Under the pieces are notes generated by a model. That model was not told the DNA's origin and did not search any database. It worked only from the letters and a program-made list of their open reading frames with translations. 64,000 nucleotides of DNA, taken from a virus. Shown piece after piece: positions 49,225-58,049 of the stretch (positions within the stretch are counted from its first letter, which is position 1; the number at the start of each line of letters is the position of its first letter). Both the position numbers and the translations under genes were made by a program. The stretch is taken from IMG/VR virus record IMGVR_UViG_3300045988_183378. One strand, given 5' to 3'.

Positions 49225-50214
49225 ATGATAAATAAAAATATATTAAATATGCCTGAGTATTCATTTTTAAAGGAAAATCAAAATTTAGATAAAAATATTT
49301 GTATACTTGGATTAGGTGGTAGCAGAGCATATGGGACAAATCTTCCAGAAAGCGATATTGATATAAGAGGAGTTGCTATTAGAAGAAAAGAAGATATCTT
49401 GTTAGGTAATGATTTTGAAAATTTTGTAGACGTTAATACAGATACAACTATTTATAGTTTTGATAAAATTATTGATTTATTAACAAAATGCAATCCAAAC
49501 ACTATTGAACTTTTAGGATTAGATACAGATGATTATATTTATAAAAATGAATTTGGGGAGCTTTTATTAAAAAATAAAGATATTTTTTTATCGAATAGAT
49601 GTATTAATACATTTAGTGAATATGCATTACAACAGTTATACCGTATGCAGCAGAAGACCAACGCTGCTTTAACGGAAGAAGAATTAAATAGACACATTTC
49701 TGGAGTGCTTAATAATATGTCCAAGAAAATGAAAGATAAGTACAATTTAGATGAAAATAATCTGTCTTTTTATTTGGTTGATGGCAAAATCAAATGTAAT
49801 ATTATTGCAACGCAGTGTTCAATAGAAGATTTGTCAGGAATGCTTTCGGAATTTAATAACACTTTAAGAGATTACCGGAAAACAAGTAAAAGGAATGAAC
49901 ATGCATTAAATCATGGTAAAATAGCAAAACATAGTATGCATTTACTTAGATTGTATATGATGGGAATTGATTTAGTTTCTGAAGGGAAAATTCAAACAAA
50001 AAGAATTAAAGAACATGATTTGTTGATGGATATTAGAAATGGTGTATATCTTGATGAAAATGGAATTCCTAATAAACAGTTTTTTGAAATAGTAGATGAA
50101 TACAAGAATAAGTTTGAAAATGCATGTAAAAACTCTGTATTGCCAGATGAGCCGGATATAGACAAAATCAATACATTTAGAATGGAAGTTAATGAGAAAA
50201 TTGTAAAGTTATAA
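49225..50214 (+). CDS. Pol-beta-superfamily nucleotidyltransferase-fold protein
   Basis: ILGLGGSRAYGTNLPESDIDIRGV = GS-x9-SDxD minimal NTase signature. Confidence 0.45.
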   Translation: MINKNILNMPEYSFLKENQNLDKNICILGLGGSRAYGTNLPESDIDIRGVAIRRKEDILLGNDFENFVDVNTDTTIYSFDKIIDLLTKCNPNTIELLGLDTDDYIYKNEFGELLLKNKDIFLSNRCINTFSEYALQQLYRMQQKTNAALTEEELNRHISGVLNNMSKKMKDKYNLDENNLSFYLVDGKIKCNIIATQCSIEDLSGMLSEFNNTLRDYRKTSKRNEHALNHGKIAKHSMHLLRLYMMGIDLVSEGKIQTKRIKEHDLLMDIRNGVYLDENGIPNKQFFEIVDEYKNKFENACKNSVLPDEPDIDKINTFRMEVNEKIVKL

Positions 50215-50250
50215 AATTAAACTGGTTACTATTAGTAGCCAGTTTTTTTA

Positions 50251-50266
50251 TTTTTTTGTCATTGTA
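50251..50266 (+). promoter_or_regulatory. promoter motif variant (TTTTTTTGTCATtg)
   Basis: core tTGTCAT 50256-50262; ATG 50299. Confidence 0.4.
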
Positions 50267-50298
50267 TTATTATAAAATTTAAAAAGGAGAATAAAATT

Positions 50299-50757
50299 AT
50301 GAAAACTAATGCATTTGAAATTAAGGAAAACAACTTAGAAACAATAAATGATATGATAGAAGCATTATTGGAAGTGCCTAAGAATTATTTATTGCATCCA
50401 TTAGGACAGAAATGCGCAATTGCAGTTGATAATTACCATAAATGTGTATATTTAGACGATCCTAATATGATGAGCGAGTTTAAATATGAATTAGAAGAAG
50501 ATATAAAAGAAAATGATGATTGGGATGGAGAAATCCCTGACGACAGTGATAGCCTTGAAAGCTTTTCATTATATTATGTATGGATAGGATATGAGTCAGA
50601 TAGTGGAGACAATTCAGGAGAATATTCATATTTTTCAAATGAGGATATGGCAAATGATTTCTTTGAATCTTCTAAAAATACTGATAAAACATTAGGAACA
50701 GCTTCATTTATAAACGGCAGATTAGAACCTGTTAAGGTTCTAAAAAGTACATTGTAA
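50299..50757 (+). CDS. very acidic hypothetical protein (152 aa)
   Basis: D/E/S-rich DDWDGEIPDDSDSLESFS..SDSGDNSGEYSYFSNEDMANDFFE. Confidence 0.45.
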   Translation: MKTNAFEIKENNLETINDMIEALLEVPKNYLLHPLGQKCAIAVDNYHKCVYLDDPNMMSEFKYELEEDIKENDDWDGEIPDDSDSLESFSLYYVWIGYESDSGDNSGEYSYFSNEDMANDFFESSKNTDKTLGTASFINGRLEPVKVLKSTL

Positions 50758-50788
50758 AAAGAAAGGGATTTTATGAAAACTTTAAATA

Positions 50789-50845
50789 TTATCGAAGAAT
50801 TGCAAGAAAACTCCATCCGACTAATGTCGGTTGTGAGTAGTTCAT
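50789..50845 (+). repeat. 57-bp hairpin repeat element, copy 7
   Basis: TTATCGAAGAATTGCAAGAAAACTCCATCCGACTAATGTCGGTTGTGAGTAGTTCAT. Confidence 0.75.
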
Positions 50846-50876
50846 TAAAACTTCAGAATCAGAAACAGAAAAGAAT

Positions 50877-51083
50877 ATGTTAAATATCATTAAAAATACT
50901 TTAATAAGTGAGATTTCAGAAGCTTCTATAGAAGTCTCTGAGACAAGTTGGTTGACTGAAAGTACATATGATGACGATGGATATTCTAACGATGATGGCG
51001 AGGAAGTTATTTATGCAAATACAGCGGTTAATATAATTGAAAGCGTCATATATGATAATTCTGACGAAAATAATAACAACTAA
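50877..51083 (+). CDS. small very acidic protein (68 aa)
   Basis: TYDDDGYSNDDGEEV...DNSDENNNN. Confidence 0.35.
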   Translation: MLNIIKNTLISEISEASIEVSETSWLTESTYDDDGYSNDDGEEVIYANTAVNIIESVIYDNSDENNNN

Positions 51084-51096
51084 AGGAGAATAAGAC

Positions 51097-51354
51097 ATGA
51101 CAATAATAAGAAATGGTAAGGAAATAAAATTAACATATGACGAAATTTATGCTGCTCATAAGGAATTTGTTTCAACATGGATGATTAATACAGCTAAAGA
51201 GATTATTCAGCCTCAGTATCATTCTGATATTACTGAGAATGATTATATTGATATTGGTGAAGCAGCTTATGATACTTACGCAGAAGGTAACGGTCTTACT
51301 GAATATGAAGCTGTTGAAGATGCTGTGGAAAAATTCTTAAGTGAAAGAAATTGA
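51097..51354 (+). CDS. acidic hypothetical protein (85 aa)
   Basis: RBS aaaggagaataagacATG. Confidence 0.4.
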   Translation: MTIIRNGKEIKLTYDEIYAAHKEFVSTWMINTAKEIIQPQYHSDITENDYIDIGEAAYDTYAEGNGLTEYEAVEDAVEKFLSERN

Positions 51355-51417
51355 ATATTTTAATTTTTCATAACTGAATAAGATTTTTTGAAAGCGGGAG
51401 ACTTATGTTTCCTGCTT

Positions 51418-51433
51418 TTTTTCTGTCATAAAT
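51418..51433 (+). promoter_or_regulatory. conserved promoter motif
   Basis: core 51423-51429; ATG 51463. Confidence 0.55.
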
Positions 51434-51462
51434 ATATTAAAAATTATAAAGGAGAAAAATTA

Positions 51463-52344
51463 ATGAAAAATATTATGATTTTTGATGGGAATTACATTCT
51501 CAGAAGATCTTTTTACGGTGTTCCAGAATTAAAAACCTCAAAGGGATTTCCGACTAATGCAATTAAAGGAGCTTTAAATACAATTCTATATATGAAAGAA
51601 AAGTATAGTCCTGATGAATTAATTGTTGCGTTTGATACTGCAAAGCCAACTTTCAGGCATTTAATGTATAACGGGTATAAGGCAACTAGAGATCCTGCAC
51701 CGGAAGAATTTAAGATTCAGAGACAGGCTATTGTTCCTATTCTTAAAACAATGAATATATGTGTTATTGAAAAAGAAGGATATGAAGCAGATGATATTAT
51801 AGGAACAATTTCAACTATTGAAAGTAAAGCCGGAAATAAGGTTAATATTATATCTGCAGATCATGATTTGTTACAATTATGTAATGATTTAGTATCATTA
51901 GTTGTTCCAAACAACCCGGAAGATATTTGGACTCCGGTAGAAATTATGAATGAGTATTCCGTTACTCCTAAACAGTTTATTGATGTAAAAACATTAATGG
52001 GAGATAAATCGGATAATATTCCTGGAGCTGCAGGTATTGGTCCTAAAACTGCAAGTAAACTAATACATAAGTATGGAAATTTGTTTAACATATATATGAA
52101 TATTTCAGATATTGAATCTAATATGTCTAAAGGAAAAAGTATTTCAACTTGTTTAATAAATAGTGAAGATAATATTTTGTTGTCAAAAATTTTAGCAACA
52201 ATAAAAACAGATGTAGAACTTGATGCTTATAACGCTAATGTATCAGATAATATGTTAAATGAAATTAGTGAGCAGATATTAGGTTTGTATGAACTTAACA
52301 GTATTATAAGTATACTTAAAAATGGCAACATTGTTTGCCTATAA
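51463..52344 (+). CDS. 5'-3' exonuclease / flap endonuclease (Pol I N-terminal 5'-nuclease family)
   Basis: IFDGNYILRRSFYG, LIVAFDTAKPTFRHLMYNGYKATR, GYEADDIIGTIS, TLMGDKSDNIPGAAGIGPKTASKLI. Confidence 0.75.
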   Translation: MKNIMIFDGNYILRRSFYGVPELKTSKGFPTNAIKGALNTILYMKEKYSPDELIVAFDTAKPTFRHLMYNGYKATRDPAPEEFKIQRQAIVPILKTMNICVIEKEGYEADDIIGTISTIESKAGNKVNIISADHDLLQLCNDLVSLVVPNNPEDIWTPVEIMNEYSVTPKQFIDVKTLMGDKSDNIPGAAGIGPKTASKLIHKYGNLFNIYMNISDIESNMSKGKSISTCLINSEDNILLSKILATIKTDVELDAYNANVSDNMLNEISEQILGLYELNSIISILKNGNIVCL

Positions 52345-52364
52345 TTATATTTAAGGAGAAAATC

Positions 52365-52781
52365 ATGATAATTGAAATTTTAACAAATGGTTGGTGTAAT
52401 ATTAAATTCGAAAAGACAAATTGTAGAGTAAACGCTTCATATTTAACCGATGTCCCAAATGACTTATTAGATATGTGCATTAATTATTATAACAATAATA
52501 CGGCATCCTGTTATTTTGATTCTGAAGGCTCTACAGCAACGCTAGTTTTGACACCAGATACAGCTTTCATAATTCATGAAGGGGAGCATTTAGGCTTAAT
52601 TAAACTATTGGAATCACCAAAGGAAATCATCGATTGTATAGTAAAGGAAATTGTAAAACAGATTGATTCTGCTGCAAGTTTTTTATCATGTAAATGTAAT
52701 GATTTATTTCAGTATGAAAAAAGAAAATCTGAATTAATACAAAAATTATATTTTGTACATGATAAGAGTAATTCAAATTAA
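52365..52781 (+). CDS. hypothetical protein
   Basis: ATG with RBS aaggagaaaatcATG within track ORF 52335..52781. Confidence 0.4.
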   Translation: MIIEILTNGWCNIKFEKTNCRVNASYLTDVPNDLLDMCINYYNNNTASCYFDSEGSTATLVLTPDTAFIIHEGEHLGLIKLLESPKEIIDCIVKEIVKQIDSAASFLSCKCNDLFQYEKRKSELIQKLYFVHDKSNSN

Positions 52782-52829
52782 AACAAATGCTTAATAACAA
52801 GTACCTATTAATGGGTACTTGTTATTTTA

Positions 52830-52845
52830 TTTTTCTGTCATTTAT
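52830..52845 (+). promoter_or_regulatory. conserved promoter motif (CTGTCATtt)
   Basis: core 52835-52841; ATG 52881. Confidence 0.5.
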
Positions 52846-52880
52846 TTATTATAACAATAAATGGAAGGAGAGTAAAAAAT

Positions 52881-53462
52881 ATGATTAAAGAATTTAAGGA
52901 ATTAGTAAATGCAATAAATTCGCCAGATAATGAATATAGAGAGAATGATTTAGATATGTTAAATTACAATATGGCCGCATTTGGAGAATATGTACAGATT
53001 GTTTATCATCAAAACTATTCAACTCCAATTAAATATGCTACACTTGAGGGAGAAGAATTACGAGAAGCTATTCAGTCTATGGATAAAAATCGGAGAATTA
53101 AACATGAAGCTGCAATAGCTGCGTGTTCCCAAATCAATAGAGATTGTGAATATTATAATGTTCCTAAGTTTTGCCCTGAAACAACTGATAGACATATAAT
53201 CGCAGATTTTTGCGCCCAGGTAACGGCTGCTTTTTATCTTGACGGAATCGGTAGAGATGCTAAAACTATAGATGATGTTATAAAGGCAATGACTCAAAAT
53301 TGTAAAAGTGTTAATATTAGTAATATAACAAACAATATTGACACAAATGAACTATCAGATATTGATTTAGATTTAGGCGGAGAAGATGATGAAGATAAAA
53401 TTATGCCAGATGTAATTCATACTGAAATTAATAAAGATAACAGAGAGGAAGAAGTAAGATAA
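52881..53462 (+). CDS. hypothetical protein (193 aa)
   Basis: ORF track; RBS aatggaaggagagtaaaaaatATG. Confidence 0.4.
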   Translation: MIKEFKELVNAINSPDNEYRENDLDMLNYNMAAFGEYVQIVYHQNYSTPIKYATLEGEELREAIQSMDKNRRIKHEAAIAACSQINRDCEYYNVPKFCPETTDRHIIADFCAQVTAAFYLDGIGRDAKTIDDVIKAMTQNCKSVNISNITNNIDTNELSDIDLDLGGEDDEDKIMPDVIHTEINKDNREEEVR

Positions 53463-53767
53463 TGGTAACTTTTATTAGAACATATGAATCCGGTCCATGG
53501 ATAATAGATGAATACGATAATAAAACATATAGAATTCTATTAAGAAGAGATTTAAGAACAGGTAAAGTCATAAGATTCTTTTTTACTCCAAAGATTCCAT
53601 ATTATGATATTGAAATTAAAACCATAAAAGATGATTTTTATATTAGTATTACTGGTAATGTTTCATATGATATTAATGATATTGATAAATTAAAAGACAG
53701 AATAGATTATGCTAAAAATTTGATCACTTATATAAAAGAAAATATATGTAATAAGTATTCTTTTTAA
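53462..53767 (+). CDS. hypothetical protein (101 aa)
   Basis: start overlaps previous stop (TAATG). Confidence 0.4.
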   Translation: MVTFIRTYESGPWIIDEYDNKTYRILLRRDLRTGKVIRFFFTPKIPYYDIEIKTIKDDFYISITGNVSYDINDIDKLKDRIDYAKNLITYIKENICNKYSF

Positions 53768-53777
53768 TATTCATGCA

Positions 53778-53803
53778 AGCGTCCAAAATTGGACGCTTTT
53801 TTT
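53778..53803 (+). terminator. rho-independent terminator
   Basis: agcgtccaaaattggacgcttttttt. Confidence 0.6.
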
Positions 53804-53804
53804 A

Positions 53805-53820
53805 ATTTTCTGTCATAAAT
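53805..53820 (+). promoter_or_regulatory. conserved promoter motif (CTGTCATAa)
   Basis: core 53810-53816; ATG 53854. Confidence 0.5.
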
Positions 53821-53853
53821 TATATAGTTATGAATTGAAAGGAGAAATTTAAA

Positions 53854-55539
53854 ATGAATAAAACAGGTATTGAAGATTTAATAGCAATGAATGCTTTATA
53901 TCGTCCTGGTCCTGAAAAGTTTATACCTGATTTCATAGAAGGTAAAAAGGATGCATCTAAGATTAAATATTTATGTCCTCAATTAGAGCCAATTTTGTCA
54001 ACTACTTATGGACAGATAGTTTATCAGGAACAGGTAATGCAGATTGTTCGTGATTTAGCAGGATATACATGGGGGCGTTCTGATTTAGTCCGTAGAGCTA
54101 TGTCAAAAAAACATCAGGATGAGATTGATGCTGAAAGACACACTTTTGTATATGGTAATGCTGATACTAAAAAAGAAAATGAAGCATTAGTACCAGGTTG
54201 TATTGCAAATGGAATTCCAGAAGTTATAGCTCATAAGATTTGGGATGCAATGGTTGACTTTGCTAAGTATGCGTTTAATAAGTCACATGCCACTGCTTAT
54301 GCTGTTACATCATATTGGACAGCTTTTCTTAAGTATTATTATCCGGCTTATTATCTTACAAATGTAATAAATCATACTGATAAGATTGATGAAGTCGCTG
54401 ATGATATTAGTGATGCCCTTGATTTTGGAGTAAAGGTATTGCCTCCGGACATTAATGCTTCAAATTTACATTGTGATGTTGTAGATGGGAACATTTTGTA
54501 TGGTCTGAGTAATATTAAGAATGTTGGAGCAGAAGCAGCTAAAATTATTGAAGATAGAAATGTTAATGGAGAATATTCTGATATTAAGGATTTTATCAAA
54601 CGAACAAATATTAATGCAGAAGCATTAAGTTCCTTAATTAAAGCAGGTGCTTTCGATTGCCTTGGTTATACAAGAACAATGATATCATTAGATATGATTT
54701 GTATGAAAGAAATTCAGGATACAATTAAGAAAATCAGAGAGAAGAGTAAGTTTATTGAAAACGCAAGTAAAGTTATTGAATTTGTGGAAGATTATATTGA
54801 TCTTGATGAGTTTAAGGAAAGAATTTCAGAAGAAAATATTTCCTTTCAAGTTACTTCAAAAAAGATGCCAACTAAGGATTCCATAATTAAACGTATCAAT
54901 TCAGCTAAGACAGTTATAGAAAGCTTAGAAGATGATCTTGAAAATATAGATATTGATTATGTAGAAGATGATTTAGGTCAGATTCTAAATGATGAAAAAG
55001 AAGTGTTAGGCGTTTATATTACAGGGCATCCAATTGATGAGTATAATATTTATACAGATCCCATTTCTGATATTTCAACAGAAGTTAACGATGTATCTGG
55101 TATAATTAAAAATCTTGTTGTAAGAAAGGATAGAAATGGATACGAATGGGTAACTTTTGAGGTAGAAGATAAAACAGGTTCTATTAATGGTGTATGTTTT
55201 TCTAAGGATTATGCGAATATTAGAGACTTACTTGTTAATGATGCTAAATTATGTTTATCAGGAAAAATTCAAGTAGATGATTTTAGATCTTCAGATGACG
55301 AAACTGTATATCAGATTATTGTTAAGTCTGTTAAACCTTTAAAGAAAAATAAGTCTTCATACAGATTTATATGTACTGTTTCTGAAGTAAATGATATTCT
55401 TGATTCTATTAATGAATATCTGGTAGATAATGACGGGGATTATTTATATTGGCTTGATTCAACAACCGGAATTGAACATTTATGCAAGAAATTCATTAAC
55501 CCTGATATGTCAGCACCTTCAATAGTCCGTAAATGCTAA
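53854..55539 (+). CDS. dnaE: DnaE C-terminal part as separate gene (fingers/thumb, OB-fold region)
   Basis: IAMNALYRPGPEKFIPDFIEGKK, LEPILSTTYGQIVYQEQVMQIVRDLAGYTWGRSDLVRRAMSKK, FAKYAFNKSHATAYAVTSY colinear with E. coli DnaE; own terminator, promoter motif, RBS and ATG. Confidence 0.8.
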   Translation: MNKTGIEDLIAMNALYRPGPEKFIPDFIEGKKDASKIKYLCPQLEPILSTTYGQIVYQEQVMQIVRDLAGYTWGRSDLVRRAMSKKHQDEIDAERHTFVYGNADTKKENEALVPGCIANGIPEVIAHKIWDAMVDFAKYAFNKSHATAYAVTSYWTAFLKYYYPAYYLTNVINHTDKIDEVADDISDALDFGVKVLPPDINASNLHCDVVDGNILYGLSNIKNVGAEAAKIIEDRNVNGEYSDIKDFIKRTNINAEALSSLIKAGAFDCLGYTRTMISLDMICMKEIQDTIKKIREKSKFIENASKVIEFVEDYIDLDEFKERISEENISFQVTSKKMPTKDSIIKRINSAKTVIESLEDDLENIDIDYVEDDLGQILNDEKEVLGVYITGHPIDEYNIYTDPISDISTEVNDVSGIIKNLVVRKDRNGYEWVTFEVEDKTGSINGVCFSKDYANIRDLLVNDAKLCLSGKIQVDDFRSSDDETVYQIIVKSVKPLKKNKSSYRFICTVSEVNDILDSINEYLVDNDGDYLYWLDSTTGIEHLCKKFINPDMSAPSIVRKC

Positions 55540-55560
55540 TTTAATATTTATTTTATGTTT

Positions 55561-55591
55561 TACCGCTGTTTATTGCAGCGGTATTTTTTTT
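55561..55591 (+). terminator. rho-independent terminator
   Basis: taccgctgtttattgcagcggtatttttttt. Confidence 0.6.
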
Positions 55592-55610
55592 ATGTAAAGA
55601 TTTTTAAAAT

Positions 55611-55626
55611 TGTATCTGTCATATAT
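55611..55626 (+). promoter_or_regulatory. conserved promoter motif
   Basis: core 55616-55622; ATG 55653. Confidence 0.55.
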
Positions 55627-55652
55627 ATATTAGAAAGGTTGGAGGAAAATAT

Positions 55653-56564
55653 ATGATACTTAGTAACAATAACAGTAATATTAAGGAATTAAGAAATAAA
55701 AAAAATAAGCATGATTTAAATTCTTATATGGATTTTATGGCAAAAAACAAAATGAAAAGTAATTCTTTTTTTTCAAAATCAAAACAGTATATAAAGATTT
55801 TTATTCCATTTATTATTTCTGTTTTTATAATTTTATTTTCAATGTTTATTGCAACATTTATAGACAGTCTATTAAATATGTATATGAATGATGCAGGAGG
55901 AATTTCAACTAAAATAGATTATGAAGGATTTCGATTAATTTACACAATATCAACATATACATTAATGTTTGTTATGTGCATTATTTGTATAAAAAGCTCA
56001 TTTTACAATTATAAAAAAGATTTGTTTATGAAAAATAAATTAGTAGTAAATTGGAATTTTGCATTTTGTTTCATATTAATTTCTGTAATATTGCAGCTTA
56101 TTTCAGGAATTCAAATGCATTTTGTAAATGTATCAGATATTGATTATGGAAGTTTAGGAATAAAAACAATTATATCTACAATAATAGCAACTTTTGTGGC
56201 ACCTATTATTGAGGAATTGACTTTTAGATATATAATTTATGGCTATGCATATAAAGCAAGCAACAATAAATTATGTGCAAATATAATCCAAGCATTTTTA
56301 TTTGGAATAATTCATTTTAATTTTATTTTATTCCCTATATATGCTTTTGGCGGATATTTGTTAGGTGCTGTAAGAGATAAATATGGTATTAAACTTAGCA
56401 GCTTATATCATATTCTAATAAACTGTGTGGCATTAATACCATTTACGTTTTTTATAACAAATATATATTTACAGGTATGCATTTTAATAGTCTGCATAAT
56501 GAGTTTAATTTATTTTGTAATTAAGTGTTTTGAAAATATCAATATAGAAATTAAGGAGCAATAA
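55653..56564 (+). CDS. CPBP-family (CAAX/Abi-like) intramembrane protease, first gene of sigma-factor operon
   Basis: multi-TM; APIIEELTFRY (EExxxR) and FGIIHFN (FxxxH). Confidence 0.6.
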   Translation: MILSNNNSNIKELRNKKNKHDLNSYMDFMAKNKMKSNSFFSKSKQYIKIFIPFIISVFIILFSMFIATFIDSLLNMYMNDAGGISTKIDYEGFRLIYTISTYTLMFVMCIICIKSSFYNYKKDLFMKNKLVVNWNFAFCFILISVILQLISGIQMHFVNVSDIDYGSLGIKTIISTIIATFVAPIIEELTFRYIIYGYAYKASNNKLCANIIQAFLFGIIHFNFILFPIYAFGGYLLGAVRDKYGIKLSSLYHILINCVALIPFTFFITNIYLQVCILIVCIMSLIYFVIKCFENINIEIKEQ

Positions 56565-56567
56565 TTT

Positions 56568-56963
56568 ATGAAAACAAATATGAATAATGAATTAAAAAAT
56601 AAGTCTATAAGTGATATCCTTGAAGCTTCTTCAACAGATTTATATGAATGGTATTTAATTAATTTTAAGAAAGAAATTCCTAGATCAGATGAAATAGATT
56701 TATTGGAAATAGGAAATTTATTGAGTGAAGTAGGAAATTATTTTACCTATTTTTCTTCAATGCATTCTATTTTAGATTCAATGGTAAAAGAAATGAAATT
56801 ACACAAAGAGTCTTCAGATAAATGTAAAGAGCTTATGATTAAACGAGATATATTAGGAACCTTTGAAGAGCAATCTAAATTTACATATAATGCAATTAGT
56901 AGAATATGTACAATGAAAATAGAAGCAAATAATGAATTAAAAATGCTAGGACATCAATGTTAA
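56568..56963 (+). CDS. hypothetical protein between protease and sigma factor
   Basis: ORF track; 4-bp spacing to both neighbours. Confidence 0.4.
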   Translation: MKTNMNNELKNKSISDILEASSTDLYEWYLINFKKEIPRSDEIDLLEIGNLLSEVGNYFTYFSSMHSILDSMVKEMKLHKESSDKCKELMIKRDILGTFEEQSKFTYNAISRICTMKIEANNELKMLGHQC

Positions 56964-56975
56964 GAGGAGATTTTT

Positions 56976-58004
56976 ATGGCAGATAAGAATTTATTATTAA
57001 ATAAAAAAAACAATAAAGATGAATATGTTGATGAATTATTTGATACAAATAAACCAATAGAAAACATAAATATTTTATCAGAGGATAATTATACCGATAT
57101 TTTAAATGATAAAGAGATTTTAAATGAAAAAGAGAAACTATTATTAGAAAATAATATAACTTATTATATTAAATCATTCGCTGATTATCCGGTTTTATCC
57201 AAAGATGAAACTCTTAAATTATTTGAAGAGATAAAAAAACATCCTAAAAAGAAAAAAGAAATAACCGAAAAATTGATTTTATCTAATATGCGTTTAGTCA
57301 TCAGTATTGCTAAAGCTGTTACAGCTAAAACGCAAAGTTTTGAAATGGATGATTTATGTCAGGCCGGTATTTTCGGGTTATACAGAGCTATACAAATGTT
57401 TGATTATAAATTAGGATATGCATTTTCAACTTATGCAACTCATTGGATTAGACAGAGTATATATAGAGAATTAGCCAATTATGATTTATTAGTTAGATTC
57501 CCTGTACATGTAAGAGAGCAGGATTCTTTTGTTAAGACTACATTTGTGGATTTAACTAATAAACTTCAAAGAAAACCTACAATTGATGAATTATATGATG
57601 TAGTAAAACAAAGATATCCTCTTTTAACTAAAGAAATGCTTGTACATATTCAGAGCTTTAATGAATTGGTTTCATTAGATGCACCTATTCAAAGTGATGA
57701 AGGCCATGACGATTCGTGTTTGGCTGATTATATAGAAGCTCCTGAACCTAAAGTTGAAGATACGATTATTCAAAAAGAAATGAATGAACTGCTTTGGAAA
57801 GAAGTTGAAGATTGTCTCACTCCTAGAGAATTATATGTAATTAAGAGTAGAATGGGATATGGTTCAAAGGTTAAAACTTTAAAAGATATAGGTACTGAAT
57901 GGAATGTTTCCAGAGAACGAATCAGACAAATTGAATCAAAAGCAATAAAAAAGATTAGAGTTCGTTTCAGACGGAAAGGATATAGTATACAATCTTTTAT
58001 GTAA
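56976..58004 (+). CDS. sigma-70-family RNA polymerase sigma factor (regions 1.2-4 present)
   Basis: region 2 LILSNMRLVISIAK...DDLCQAGIFGLYRAIQMFD...FSTYATHWIRQSIYREL; region 4 LTPRELYVIKSRMGYG..KTLKDIGTEWNVSRERIRQIESKAIKKIR. Confidence 0.8.
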   Translation: MADKNLLLNKKNNKDEYVDELFDTNKPIENINILSEDNYTDILNDKEILNEKEKLLLENNITYYIKSFADYPVLSKDETLKLFEEIKKHPKKKKEITEKLILSNMRLVISIAKAVTAKTQSFEMDDLCQAGIFGLYRAIQMFDYKLGYAFSTYATHWIRQSIYRELANYDLLVRFPVHVREQDSFVKTTFVDLTNKLQRKPTIDELYDVVKQRYPLLTKEMLVHIQSFNELVSLDAPIQSDEGHDDSCLADYIEAPEPKVEDTIIQKEMNELLWKEVEDCLTPRELYVIKSRMGYGSKVKTLKDIGTEWNVSRERIRQIESKAIKKIRVRFRRKGYSIQSFM

Positions 58005-58018
58005 TATATAAATAAAAT

Positions 58019-58049
58019 GCAGTTATCAATAGGTAGCTGTATTTTTTTA
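58019..58049 (+). terminator. rho-independent terminator
   Basis: gcagttatcaataggtagctgtattttttt. Confidence 0.5.

Noticed and set aside
48100-53900. DnaE break point being the cyanobacterial split-intein site
   Set aside because: The cyanobacterial DnaE-n/DnaE-c split lies at KFAEY|CFNKSH, which corresponds here to FAKYAFNKSH inside the 53854 gene. That is about 120 aa downstream of this break. No intein blocks (Cys1 ... HN) flank the break.
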